This document shows positions 1 through 12,609 of a stretch of 64,000 bases of DNA, one piece after another. Positions within the stretch are counted from its first letter, which is position 1; each line of letters opens with the position of its first letter. A program made the translations under genes and the position numbers. The notes under the pieces were generated by a model. It made no database searches and was not told the origin of the DNA. It saw only the letters and a list, made by a program, of their open reading frames with translations. Origin of the DNA: Eledone cirrhosa (Eukaryota); NCBI GenBank assembly GCA_964016885.1, contig OZ024748.1, positions 44,392,001 through 44,456,000 of the forward strand. Direction: 5' to 3'.

Positions 1-320
1 TTATGGCCAGTTGGAACAGAAAGAGTTGAGAGAAATCTAGCCAGATATGGTCAGTTTTAATGCAAAAGGGTTGAAGTAAGTTTATATAAAGTTTGTTACA
101 TTTGCACTTATTAACTCTTCCATTACCATATTTCTAATGAATTTGAAAATAATGAAGAATTTTAAAGGATTTAGTAATATAACTAACTTGCTCATTATTA
201 AATTAGTGTTTGGAGCATAACTTAACAAAGGTTCTTACATAAAATAATGATGGGAGGTGTTTAGTTGAATATAAACACTTTACAAATAACAGCTTAGGAG
301 AACAGAACAGGAGTAAAGTA

Positions 321-532
321 TTGATACATACACATAGAGATATATACACAGAGACATATACACAGACACATATATATATATACACATACAGATATATATA
401 TATATACATACACATAGAGATATATACACAGATATACACACATACATATATTGATATATACACATACACACATATATATACACACACACACACATCACAC
501 ACAGACATACACATATATATATGTGTATGTAT

Positions 533-592
<60 letters not shown>

Positions 593-662
593 GCACACAC
601 ACATACACATATACACATATATATGTTTCTGTGTGATGTGTGGGTGTATATCAATGTATGTA

Positions 663-694
<32 letters not shown>

Positions 695-1680
695 CATATA
701 TATACAGGTGGGATCAATTGAGAATGAGGAAAGGAATCATGGATTTTAAGATTGAAATGAGAACGAGAATGTATGAATTGTGTGAGTGTGTGTATGTATA
801 AGTGTGTGTGTAAGTGTGTATGTCTGTTTCTAAAGTTGTGTTTATCTTTATTAATGTGTTTGTATGTATTTGTATGTATGTGTATGTGTGTGTGTGTGTA
901 TTTGTAGGTATATGTGTGTATGTGTGTGTGTATGTATTTGTAGGTATATGTGTGTATGTATTTGTATGTGTGTGTGTGTGTATGTATTTGTAGGTATATG
1001 TGTGTATGTATTTGTATGTATGTGTGTATGTATTTGTATGTATGTGTGTATGTATTTGTAGGTATATGTGTGTATGTATTTGTATGTATGTGTGTATGTA
1101 TTTGTAGGTATATGTGTGTATGTATTTGTATGTATGTGTGTGTGTATGTATTTGTAGGTATATGTGTGTATGTATTTGTATGTATGTGTGTGTGTATGTA
1201 TTTGTAGGTATATGTGTGTATGTATGTGTGTGTGTGTGTATGTATTTGTAGGTATATGTGTGTATGTATTTGTATGTATGTGTGTGTGTGTATGTATTTG
1301 TAGGTATATGTGTGTATGTATTTGTATGTATGTGTGTGTGTATGTATTTGTAGGTATATGTGTGTGTGTGTGTATGTATTTGTAGGTATATGTGTGTATG
1401 TATTTGTATGTATGTGTGTGTGTATGTATTTGTAGGTATATGTGTGTGTGTGTGTATGTATTTGTAGGTATATGTGTGTATGTATTTGTAGGTATATGTC
1501 TGTATGTATTTGTATGTATGTGTGTGTGTATGTATTTGTAGGTATATGTGTGTACGTATTTGTATGTATGTGTGTGTGTATGTATTTGTAGGTATATGTG
1601 TGTGTGTGTGTGTATTTGTAGGTATATGTGTGTATGTATGTGTGTGTAGGTATATGTATGTATGTATGTATGTGTGTATG
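321..1680. repeat. Compound (TA)/(CA) microsatellite and tatgtatttgtaggtatatgtgtg-type minisatellite
   Basis: Directly visible. Confidence 0.95.
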
Positions 1681-1758
1681 GTATAAGAGAAACTAGGAAC
1701 GAAAGATAGAGAGAGAGAGATGGGGGAACGGAGACTGTTCATTAGACTTGTCTGTCTG

Positions 1759-1816
<58 letters not shown>

Positions 1817-1850
1817 CACGTCCCATCTCTGTCGCTCCTTCCCCTCCCTG

Positions 1851-1914
<64 letters not shown>

Positions 1915-1977
1915 CATGTCTAATGATGGGACGCTCTCTCTCCTCCATATATATATACACACACCACCTTTCTCTCT

Positions 1978-2021
<44 letters not shown>

Positions 2022-2221
2022 TCACATGCACACACCACCTCCCTCCTCCCCCACCTATCTCACCACCTACATTCTACAAACCTATTTAGTTGTAAAGGAA
2101 ACGAAGATCTGAATTTCACTTGCTTCATTTAATTCTCTCCCCTGCTGATAGCTCTCTAGCTAACCTGGAACATGTAACAGACATTGGTGGAGGTAGAGGA
2201 AGACTACATATGTACTGACTG

Positions 2222-2400
2222 GCAGGTGGGCTGGCTGGTTGGTTGGTTGGTTAGATGATTGGTTGGTTGGTTGGTGGGCTGGTTGGTTGGTTGGTTGGTG
2301 GACTGGTTGGTTGGTTGGTTGGTTGGTGGACTGGCTGGTTGGTTGGTTGGATGATTGGTTGGTTAGATGGTTGGTTGGATGTTGGTTGGTGGGCTGGCTG
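2222..2400. repeat. (TGGT)n microsatellite
   Basis: Directly visible. Confidence 0.95.
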
Positions 2401-3616
2401 GTCAGTTGACAACATTTCGGACATTAGTTCTTCATCAAGAAATAGGCTGTTCAGACGTGGAGAGGAGATGGTTTCTACCAAGGAGTTCATCCATACATCA
2501 TACATCATACATCATACATCATCATCATCATCATCATCTAATGTCTGCTTTCTCTGCTAGCAAGGGTTGAATAGGTCTACATAGACCAAGTCAGTACTGG
2601 AGCGGTAGCTACTGATCTCCCAGACAAGCCATGGATCTGTCGTCTTGCTTTTGTATAGTCTCACGGTCTATCGAATACATAGAGGAGGTTGTCATGTCTT
2701 TGACACACCTGAAGGGTTCTCCCAACCTTTTGTTTAGCAAGCTTTCTATGGCTGGATGCCCTTCCTAACACTAATAACTGTACAGCATATATATATATAG
2801 ATATATATATATATATATATTGTATTTTGATCATGCTTTATTTTTATTTTTATTTATTTATTATTTTTTTTTTTTTCATTCGCACCGTTTCCTTTCGCTA
2901 TATGTCTCTCCACCACTCCCCTACACACCCTTTGAACTCTGTTCCCACACACTTCTCACCTGAGGAAGGGCTTATGCCTGAAACGTCGTCCCCCACCAAC
3001 ACCCCACCCTCCAGAGCGTGAAATTAATAAACATTCGTTGTACTGCCTCTCTGTTTTGTCCCTGTTCAAATTTTTCCATTATATATAGATATATATATAT
3101 ATCTTTATATATATATATATATATATCGATAGATATATATATAGATATATATATATAAAAGTACCCAGCCCACACTGTAAAGTGTTCGTGTAGGAGACAC
3201 CTAAAAAAGCACCCAGCCCACACATAAATGTAGTTGGTATAGGAAGGGCATCCAGCTGTAGAAAACCACCCAGAAACGCTCCTATATAAGTGAGAAACGG
3301 TCATCCAACCCAACTTGCCTCTAAATGGGACAGACAGGTCTAACCCATGCTCGCATGGAAGATAGATGTTAATCGATGATGATGATGATGATGATATATA
3401 TATATATAGATATATATATATATATAATGGTATTCGGTATAGAGTTAGTTCCACAACAAATTAGTAAACTATACTCAAGGGTGCGTGTTTCATTGAATGG
3501 ATTTTCAACCCGTGTATGGCTGTGGTGAGAATAGAAGTGTACAGGAGCTGATTAGATTCTGCGTAACAGACGACAGTAGTTCCATGACAAGGGAGACAAC
3601 TCATATTAGACTGTTG

Positions 3617-3646
<30 letters not shown>

Positions 3647-3648
<2 letters not shown>

Positions 3649-5325
3649 CATCATCATCATTGTTTAACGTCCATATTCCACGCTTGCATGGGTTTGGACG
3701 GGAGTTTTCCCACTTGAGGCAAGAGTGGTTGTCTTGCTCGCATAGGACTGTCTGGCGGGTTTTCTATGGCTGGATGCCCTTCCTAACACCAACCACGTTT
3801 ACAGTGTGGAACTGGGAGGTTTTTTGTCGTGACACCTACACGACCTCATTTGTTTCGGACTGGATGTTGTGGTACCAACATAACTTTAGATTGAAAGGGT
3901 GGTGTGGATGGATGGGGTGGGGGTAGTGGGATGGGGGTGTATTTTGTTAGAGGTGCCTACTGACTGTAGTAGGTTTCACTTTGTACTTAGGTAAGGCAGG
4001 TCTTCTCTATTACTGTGTAGTGCCAAAGATCTCGGTCCAGTGACATTGTCTTGGAGAGGTGTAAATGTGTGAGGTTGGAATTTATCAAGTCGTCCCAGGT
4101 TTTTCTAGGTCTGCCTAGTCCGTGGCAACCGTCTATTTTTAAAGCCCTGCACTTTTTTATACAGCTGTCGTCTTTCATGCGCATCACGTGACCATACCAA
4201 CGTAGCCTTCTCTCGAGTAAACAACATCTGATCCCTCTTATTTCTAATTTTTCCCTTAGTTCGTTTATGCTTTGCCGTTCACGTATATTACTATTACTCA
4301 TCCAGCGGAGCATGCAAGCTTCGTTCCTCTCCAGTCTGCGTATATCCTCTGCACACAATGCCCAGGTCTCACTGCCATGCAACATTGCTGTTCGTATGCA
4401 GGCATCATACAGCCTGCCTTTCATTTTTAGGGAGAACCCTTTAGCGGCTAATAGTGGTATAAGCTCTCTGAACTTTTTCCATCCAGTTCTGACTCTAGCT
4501 ACTGTACTTTCAGAGCACCCTCCCCCACTGCTGATTTTGTCACCCAGGTAACGGAAGCTGTCCACTATTTCTATAGAACCATCTGTGCAATGGAATGAGC
4601 TAGTATTCTGTGGGCACTTGCTGCTACTTATTGCACCAGAGCACCGGCCACATATAAAATCTATGTTCTTAGCTTATCTGTGATCCCACTACATCTTTTA
4701 TGCACCCATACTTTGCATTTGGGACATAAAATGGAGTTTCTACCTACTCCTTTCCTACACACTGAGCATGGCCATTTCCCGGATGGGACCAGTGCCCTAT
4801 TTTCCTTCCTACAAACTAGAACTTTAGTCTTAGACAGGTTAATTTTAAGGCCTTTTGATTCTAGGCCATGCTTCCATGTTTGGAGTTTCTTCTCTAGTTC
4901 GGCCATTGATTCAGCTATGAGCGTTAGATCATCTGCGTATAGGAGTTCCCATGGGCAGCCGGTCTTGAACTCCACTGTTATAGCCTGGAGGGCAATAATA
5001 AATAGTAGGGGGCTAAGAACGGAGCCCTGATGAACACCAACTTTTACTCTAAACTCTTCACTATATTCGTTGTTAATTCTAACCTTGCTGACTGTTTCTT
5101 TATACATGGCTTGTATAGATCTCACAAGCCATTCATCAACACCTAGTTTTCTAAGAGCCCACCAGATAATGGAACAGGGGGCTCCAAGTCGACAAAAGCT
5201 AAGTATAGGGGTTTACTTTTAGCTAGGTACTTCTCCTGTAGTTGTCGTACAATGAAAAGAGCGTCTGTGGTACTTTTGCCTGACACAAACCCGAACTGCA
5301 TTTCATCTAGATCAATTCTCTCTCT
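3647..5325 (-). mobile_element. 5'-truncated RTE-clade LINE (RT + C-terminus + 3'UTR), disrupted
   Basis: QFGFVSGKSTTDA, GVHQGSVLSPLLF, LLYADD, FRYLG, HGSETW and LRWYGHV motifs spread over frameshifted ORFs. Stop at 3987, then ~330-bp 3'UTR ending in (ATG)n. Confidence 0.93.
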
Positions 5326-5330
5326 GTATG

Positions 5331-5429
<99 letters not shown>

Positions 5430-5431
5430 GT

Positions 5432-5774
5432 GGAGGCACATGTCTTAGTGGTTAGATAGAGCATTGGCTTTGCAATCGAAAGGTTGTGAGTTCAATTCTC
5501 AGACCGGGTGATGTGTTGTTTCCTTGAGCAAGACACTTTATTTCATGTTGCTCCAGTTTACTCAGCTGTAGAAATGAGATGATAGGGACTGGGGTCCCTA
5601 TCATTCCACTGTAAAGTGGTCGTGGACGTGTCACGGCAAAAAAGCATCCACCACTCACTGTAAATGAGGTTGGTGTTAGGAAGGGCATCCAGCTGTAGAA
5701 ATCAAGCCAGAATCAGTCCCCTTGCCACCCTTGCAAGCAGGGAAAAGTGGACGCAAAATGAAATGATGATGATG
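5432..5774 (+). mobile_element. SINE family A (tRNA-like head, CORE-like centre, RTE-derived tail)
   Basis: A-box tggcttagtgg-like and B-box gagttcaattc; ccttgagcaagacactt..cagctgtagaaatgag centre; tail shared with the RTE 3'UTR; (ATG)n end. Confidence 0.88.
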
Positions 5775-5820
<46 letters not shown>

Positions 5821-5832
5821 CATATACATATA

Positions 5833-6092
5833 TTAAGTGTTTCTGTAGGAAAGGTAAAGGAAAGAGAGTGTTCTATGTAAGCTACAGAGCTATTTAGTTA
5901 TGTAATAAACAACATAAGACAATTATTCCATTTACCAAAAGTTTCACGAAGGCAGACGAGCTCGACACAGACGTCACTTCAAATAAAATTTCATTCTGAT
6001 GAGTAATTTCAGAAGTCTGTGTCGAGCTTGTCTGTCTTCGTGAAACCTTTGGTAAATGGAATAATTGTCTTATGTTGTTTATTACATAACTA
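5833..6092. mobile_element. Fold-back Penelope-like element (78-bp arms, 42-nt spacer, tail on the left)
   Basis: Arms 5895-5972 and 6015-6092; hammerhead core in spacer plus right arm; TA-repeat flanks. Confidence 0.7.
5988..6062 (+). ncRNA. Hammerhead ribozyme candidate with irregular stem II
   Basis: atttcatt-CTGATGA-(39 nt)-GAAA-cctttgg-TA|aatggaat. Confidence 0.55.
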
Positions 6093-6101
6093 TATATATA
6101 T

Positions 6102-6340
6102 GTGAAGGCACATGGCTTAGTGGTTAGAGCATTGGCCTTGCAATCGAAAGGTTGTGAGTTCAATTCTCAGACTGGGTGATGTGTTGTTTCCTTGAGCAAG
6201 ACACTTTATTTCACATTGCTCCAGTTTACTCAGCTGTAGAAATGAGATGATAGGGACTGGGGTCTCTATCATTCCACTGCAAAGTGGTCGTGGAGGTGCC
6301 ACGGCAAAAAAAAAAAAAAAGCACCCAGCCTGCACTGTAA
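6102..6340 (+). mobile_element. SINE family A, 3'-truncated
   Basis: Matches the 5432 copy up to the poly-A/gcacccagc segment. Confidence 0.85.
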
Positions 6341-7185
6341 GGGTCTGTATGTATATGTGACTATGTCTGTGTATGTAGGTCTGTATGTGTGTGTGTGTAG
6401 GTCTGTATGGGTGTATGTAGGTCTGTATGTATGTATGTTTAGGTCTATGTATGTATGTGTAGGTCTGTATGTATGTGTAGGTCTGTATGTGTGTGTGTAG
6501 GTCTGTATGTATATGTGTGTATGTGAGTATGTCTGTGTGTGTAGGTATATCTGTATGTGTGTGTATAGGTCCGTATGTGTGTAGGTCTATGTGTATGTGT
6601 GTGTAGGTCTGTATGTGTGTGTGTAGGTCTGTATGTGTGTGTGTGTTGGTCTATCTGTATGTGTGTGTGTAGGTACATCTGTATGTGTGTGTAGGTCTAT
6701 GTGTGTGTGTGTTGGTCTATCTGTATGTATGTGTGTGTGTGTGTGTAGGTCTGTATGTGTGTATGTAGGTATGTGTGTGTTTAGGTCTATGTGTGTGTGT
6801 GTGTGTGAGTGAGTTTAGGTATGTGTGTGTGTGTGTGTGTGTGTGTAGGTCTATGTGTATGTAGGTCTATCTGTATGTGTGTGTAGGTCTATCTGTATGG
6901 GTGTGTGTAGGTCTATGTATGTGTGTGTAGGTCTATCTGTATGTATGTGTATGTAGGTCTATCTGTATGAGTGTGTAGCTCTATATATGTGTGTGTAGGT
7001 CTGTATGTATGCATGTGTAGGTCTATCTGTATATCTGTATGTGTGTGTAGGTCTATCTATATGTGTGTGTAGGTCTATCTGTATGTGTGTGTAGGTATGT
7101 ATGTAGGTCTGTATGTATGTATGTATGTAGGTCTATGTATGTGTGTGTAGGTCTATCTATATGTGTGTGTGGTGTATGTGTGCGT
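6340..7185. repeat. gtaggtct(g/a)t..(GT)n minisatellite
   Basis: Directly visible. Confidence 0.95.
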
Positions 7186-7331
7186 GCTCAAGAGACCATA
7201 TGTATTGTGTTAATTGGATGGTAAGACTTGAGTTAAACTTCAGAATATTATATCATTGCTGAAGACAAGAATGTTAAGCACGTTTGTGTGTGTTTGCGTA
7301 TGTGCATGCACCTGTGTGTTTGTGTTGTTTA

Positions 7332-7406
<75 letters not shown>

Positions 7407-7425
7407 TTATATATATATATATATG

Positions 7426-7521
7426 CAGGGTGTCCCAAAAATGTATACACACTTTGATTACCTGTACAGGTAATATTTATTAGAATGCTGTTGAAGTGTG
7501 TATACATTTTTTGGGACACTC
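7426..7521. mobile_element. ~95-bp Tc1/mariner-type MITE
   Basis: TIR cagggtgtcccaaaaatgtatacacactt. Related copies at 17210-17287, 17462-17537, 17571-17644 and 34605-34701. Confidence 0.7.
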
Positions 7522-7626
7522 TACACAGACACACACATATATATATCATCATCATCATCATCATCACCGTTTTACGTCCGTTCTTCCACGCTAGCATGGG
7601 ATATATATATATATATATATATATAT

Positions 7627-7972
7627 CATCATTTCATTTTCATCATTTCATTTTACGTCCGCTTTTTCCCTGCTTGCAAGGGTGGGACGGGAACTGATTT
7701 TGGCTTGATTTCTACAGCTGGATGCCCTTCCTAACACCAACCTCATTTACAGTGAGTGCTGGGTGCTTTTTTGCCGTGGCACCTCCACGACCACTTTACA
7801 GTGGAATGATAGGGACCCCATTCCCTATCATCTCATTTCTACAGCTGAGTAAACTGGAGCAATGTGAAATAAAGTGTCTTGCTCAAGGAAACAACACATC
7901 ACCCGGTCTGAGAATTGAACTCACAACCTTTCGATTGCAAGGCCAATGCTCTAACCACTAAGCCATGTGCCT

Positions 7973-7974
<2 letters not shown>
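7627..7974 (-). mobile_element. SINE family A
   Basis: Full reverse-complement copy. Confidence 0.88.
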
Positions 7975-8051
<77 letters not shown>

Positions 8052-8061
8052 CATACATATA

Positions 8062-8524
8062 TCATCATCATCATCATCATCATCATTGTTTAACGTCCAT
8101 CTTCCACGCTTGCATGGGTTTGGACGGGTATTTTCCCACTTGAGGCAAGATTGGTTGTCTTGCTCGTATAGGACTAGCTGGTGGGTTTTCTATGGCTGGA
8201 TGCCCTTCCTAACACCAACCACGTTTATAGTGTGGACTGGGAGGTTTTTACCGTGTTACCTACACGGCCACATTACAGCGTGGACTGTGTTTTTTTGTCG
8301 TGACACTACACGACCCCATTTGTTTCGGACTGGATGTTGTGGTACCAACATAACTTTACATTGAAATGGGGGGGGTGGGTTTAGAGGTGCCTACTGACTG
8401 TAGGTTTCACTTTGTACTTAGGTAAGGCGGGTCTTCTGTATTACTGTGTAGCGCCAAAGAACTCGGTCCAGTGACATTGTCTTGGAGAGGTGTAAGTGTG
8501 TGAGGTCGGAATTTATCAAGTCAG
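8062..8524 (-). mobile_element. Short 3'-end copy of the RTE family at 3647
   Basis: Near-identical to 3647-4090 (ORF end + 3'UTR + (ATG)n). Confidence 0.85.
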
Positions 8525-8899
8525 ATTTATCAAGTCAGTCCCAGATATATATACATACATATATACATATATATATGGTGGCTGCCAACTCGTTTTCGAG
8601 TACGGCCACTACTTTATATCCATGTAGGAGAATCCCTACCGATGCGCTGAACAAGTGTGACTATTTAGTCCAGCCAGCGACTTGAAAACTCTGGTACAAA
8701 CACTACACTTGTGACAATTATTTACACATAGTGCTGGGCCCATGGTACCATGTGACGACAAGTGCAGAGAGATCTCCAGATATAAAGCAATGCCTGTGCT
8801 GTGAAGCTTTTATAGTGAGCAAAGGCACTGCACAAAGCCAGTCTCACTCTCTTAAGCAAGATGATATTTACCAAAAAGAAGAACAAGTCAACATCATTG

Positions 8900-9184
8900 G
8901 ATACCATCAGGGTTGCAGGTGTTATATCAGAGTTTTCCTTCTCCTAGAATTCTGCCTTGACAAAAGCTAAGGGGTCATCTCTCCCAGTGATTTTGGATGG
9001 CCATTGACTCTTAAGAGCTCCTTTGCCCTTTGACAGGTTTTGTTTTTAGTCCTGCAGGATGTCCAAAGTCACCCTCCTCACCAAGAAACCTTGGTGGGGT
9101 TGCCAGTTTAGTCGCCAACGACCCGACCATGAGACAGGTTGTACTGGCATACATGTTACCAGTAGCACCAACTGGTGACCTGAC

Positions 9185-9186
<2 letters not shown>
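8900..9186 (-). mobile_element. Probable 5'-UTR fragment of an RTE LINE
   Basis: Minus strand carries ctaggagaggaaaactctga and ggcgactaaactggcaacc, resembling RTE 5' leaders. Structured, and begins directly after a (TA)n tract. Confidence 0.45.
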
Positions 9187-9275
<89 letters not shown>

Positions 9276-9393
9276 ATATATACATATATATATACATATA
9301 CATATATGCCACACAAATCAGAAATTGAGTTTTGCTTATTTCCACCCTCCGAAATACGATTCTCGCTGAATTTATATATATATATATATATAT

Positions 9394-9809
9394 ATGTAGG
9401 AGGTGAGTTTTATTGTAGTACAATAAAGCAATGCAGATATCGGATAAGAAGCACTCTACAGTTTGTAGGACTGGAGTATGCATAATATAAGATTAAAAGA
9501 TGGTTAAAGGAGTTCCATGTATTTTATTATGTGCATTTCAAAAACAAACATCATCATGCAATAATATTTGTGTTTTCATCAGATAAAACAAGAGAACATA
9601 ATATGAAGGCTAAAAAACACTTGTGGATAGTGCAGTTTTAAATCAACATATGTTGATTTAAAACTGCACTATCCACAAGTGTTTTTTAGCCTTCATATCA
9701 TGTTCTCCTGTTTTATCTGATGAAAACACAAATATTATTGCATGATGATGTTTGTTTTTGAAATGCGCATAATAAAATACATGGAACTCCTTTAACCATC
9801 TTTTGATCT

Positions 9810-9817
<8 letters not shown>
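9394..9817. mobile_element. Fold-back Penelope-like non-autonomous element (336-bp palindrome + 88-bp tail)
   Basis: Arms 9482-9649 and 9650-9817 with about 4 mismatches, hammerhead in each arm, (TA)n on both sides. Short sibling at 10687-10880. Confidence 0.75.
9711..9777 (+). ncRNA. Minimal type I hammerhead ribozyme (mirror copy on - strand at 9522-9588)
   Basis: ttttat-CTGATGA-aaacacaaatat..atgtttgttttt-GAAA-tgcgca-TA|ataaaa. Confidence 0.72.
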
Positions 9818-9899
<82 letters not shown>

Positions 9900-10147
9900 A
9901 TGTGTGTGTATATATATATAATATATATGTGTGTGTATATATATATATATAATTTCTGAAGACAGCATATATATGTGTAGGTATGTATAGTCCCTCTGAT
10001 AGTTTGTAAAATTTTTACATAGATCTATATGATATACATACCAACACACACATATATATCCTAGAAACGATTGTAAAATGATGAATTTTTTAATATAAGG
10101 AACTGTTTCTTTATTTTTATTCATTGTTTTTATTAATTTTTATATAT

Positions 10148-10488
10148 GGAGGCACATGGCTTAGTGGTTAGAGCATTGGCCTTGCAATCGAAAGGTTGTG
10201 AGTTCAATTCTCAGACCGGGTGATGTGTTGTTTCCTTGAGCAAGACACTTTATTTCACATTGCTCCAGTTTACTCAGCTGTAGCAATGAGATGATAGGGA
10301 CTGGGGTCCATATCATTCCACTGCAAAGTGGTCGTGGAGGTGCCATGGCAAAAAAGCACCCAACACTCACTGTAAATGAGGTTGGTGTTAGGAAGGGCAT
10401 CCAGCTGTAGAAATCCAGCCAGAGTCAGTTCCCGTCCCACCCTTGCAAGCAGGGAAAAAGCGGACGTAAAATGAAATGAATGAATGAA
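10148..10488 (+). mobile_element. SINE family A
   Basis: Full copy flanked by (TA)n. Confidence 0.88.
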
Positions 10489-10890
10489 TATATATATATT
10501 GTGTGGCCGAAACTCGAGTACTGGTATAGATGTAGGTACCCATTTACGCGTGTTGAATTGAAGCGAATATACTTTGGGATTTTACATAACATTACCTATT
10601 GTGTACACTGAGATGCAACCAGTACTGGCAGTGAAACCCATGCTAGTTCCGTCAACTTATTATGTATATATATATATATATATATATGTAGGAGGTGAGT
10701 TTTATTGTAGCACAATAAAGCAATGCAAATATCGGATAAGTAGCACTCTACAGTTTGTAGGACTGGAGTATAAATAATATAAGATCAAAAGATGGTTAAA
10801 AGAGTTCCAAGTATTTGTTTTTGAAATGCGTATAATAAAATACTTGGAACTCTTTTAACCATCTTTTGATCTTATATTATATATATATAT

Positions 10891-11109
10891 AGGAACGATC
10901 AACTTTCGTCAAATCGGACCGAGGGAACAATGTTTCCGTTGGTATTTCCAATTGCTAATAATATCTATCGGTCGCAACTCCAGGTAGAAGGAGCAGCGTG
11001 AAATAAAGTGTCTTGCTCAAGGACATAACGCATCGCCTGGTCCAGGAATCGAACTCACAACCTTACGATTGCGAATCCAATTCCCTAACCACTCAGCCAC
11101 ACGCCTTCA
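10891..11109 (-). mobile_element. SINE family D (related head and centre, different tail)
   Basis: Matches 56074-56294; B-box gagttcgattcc. Confidence 0.82.
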
Positions 11110-11262
11110 TATATATATATATACACACATATATATAATATATATATATATACACACATATATATATAAACACATATATATATACAGAGATACACATATA
11201 CAGATACACACACACACACATATATATATATATACAGAGATACACACACACATATATATATA

Positions 11263-12311
11263 CTAGCTGGTCCGTCCGGCTGGTGCCCTGCTAGGTATAC
11301 TTGCCCACACTACTCCACTGGAAAGATACCACACACCCTCTCGTGTCACATTGTCCTTCCGACTCTCTCTCTCTCTCTCTCTGAATAACTAACACTTTAA
11401 TTGTATCTATCTCTGTCTAACAGCCTATCTCTCTCTTTCCCCTCCCTCTGTTTTTCTGTCTCTCTCTGTAGATGTGTGTGTGTAGTTTTCCTAATCTCTC
11501 TCTCTCTCTCTTTCTCTGTATATATTGAAGGGAGATTCGGAAACTAAAACAGTGTTGCCATATAGAGAGTGAAGAGCGACAGAGAGAGTAAAGCAGTTAA
11601 ATTATAGAGAGGGGGAATGATCTTACATACCTACATACATACATACATATAAAGTATAGATGTGTGTATGTATGTGTGTGTCTGTGTGTTTTATTTTGAT
11701 GTTATCTGGCAATTGGCGAAATCAGGTGTGAAAGTATGTGTATTTGTGTGTGTGTGTTACTTATGCGAGCGACGACAGAAAAAGTGTGTGGGATACATAC
11801 ATTATTATATTTGTCTGTATTTTTGTTCTGCAACCATTATATTATGATATTTGTATCCAAATGATTTTAGATGTATGTATTACCTGCTTGCCCGTCCCTC
11901 TGTTTCTCTTTCCCTGTCTCTCTCTCTCTCCTCTCTCCCTCTTTAGATTTGTGTGTGTAGTTTTCCTAATCTTTCCCTCTGTCTCTCTAAGAGGGTTGCC
12001 TTTTGATGTATGTATCACCTGCTTGTGTGTTGACTGAATTTGAAGGAGGTTATCCTTTTGAAATAAACATACAATGTTGATATATTGAAGGTAGATACGG
12101 AAAGTAAAAGTGTGTTGTCATATGGAGAGTGAAGTGAGACAGAGAGTAAAGCAGTTAAATTATAGAGATGGTGAAAGAGGGAGAGAGAGAGAGACGACAC
12201 TCAGCTTTATAATATTTGAGAGTGAAGAACGACAGAGAGAGTAAAGCTAAGAAACTATAGGGAGGTGTGTAGGATACATACACACGACACTCAGCTTTAT
12301 AATATTATAGA
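11263..12311 (-). mobile_element. Non-autonomous Helitron-like element
   Basis: Minus strand reads A|TCTATAATATTATAAAGC ... GC-rich subterminal segment ... CTAG|T, with internal duplications and microsatellites. Confidence 0.65.
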
Positions 12312-12552
12312 TATACAAAAACATATATATATATATACAGAGATACACACACGCACACATATATATATATATATATATAAACACATATATATATATATAC
12401 AAACACACATATATATATACACAAACACATATATATATATATACAAACACACATATATATATATACAAACACATATATATATATACAAACACTTGTATAT
12501 ACACAGATACATACATATATATATATATACAAACACATGTATATATATACAA

Positions 12553-12609
<57 letters not shown>

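Noticed and set aside
203-2132. Many YI/HT/CV-rich ORFs here and throughout the track (e.g. 399 aa at 13602, 305 aa at 53918)
   Set aside because: Translations of stop-free (TA)n, (CA)n and (TG)n microsatellites, not genes.
3478-3515. Minus-strand ggg..ttgaa aatcca ttcaa t gaaa cacg ca ccc, hammerhead-like (also 34055-34095 and 44370-44400)
   Set aside because: CUGANGA core is absent or too degenerate to call.
5432-5510. tRNA-like sequences at SINE heads
   Set aside because: Followed by SINE body, with no intact acceptor stem or terminator; not tRNA genes.
7722-7961. Recurrent 79-aa [11 protein letters not shown]... ORF in several places
   Set aside because: Antisense reading of SINE A; it repeats because the SINE does.
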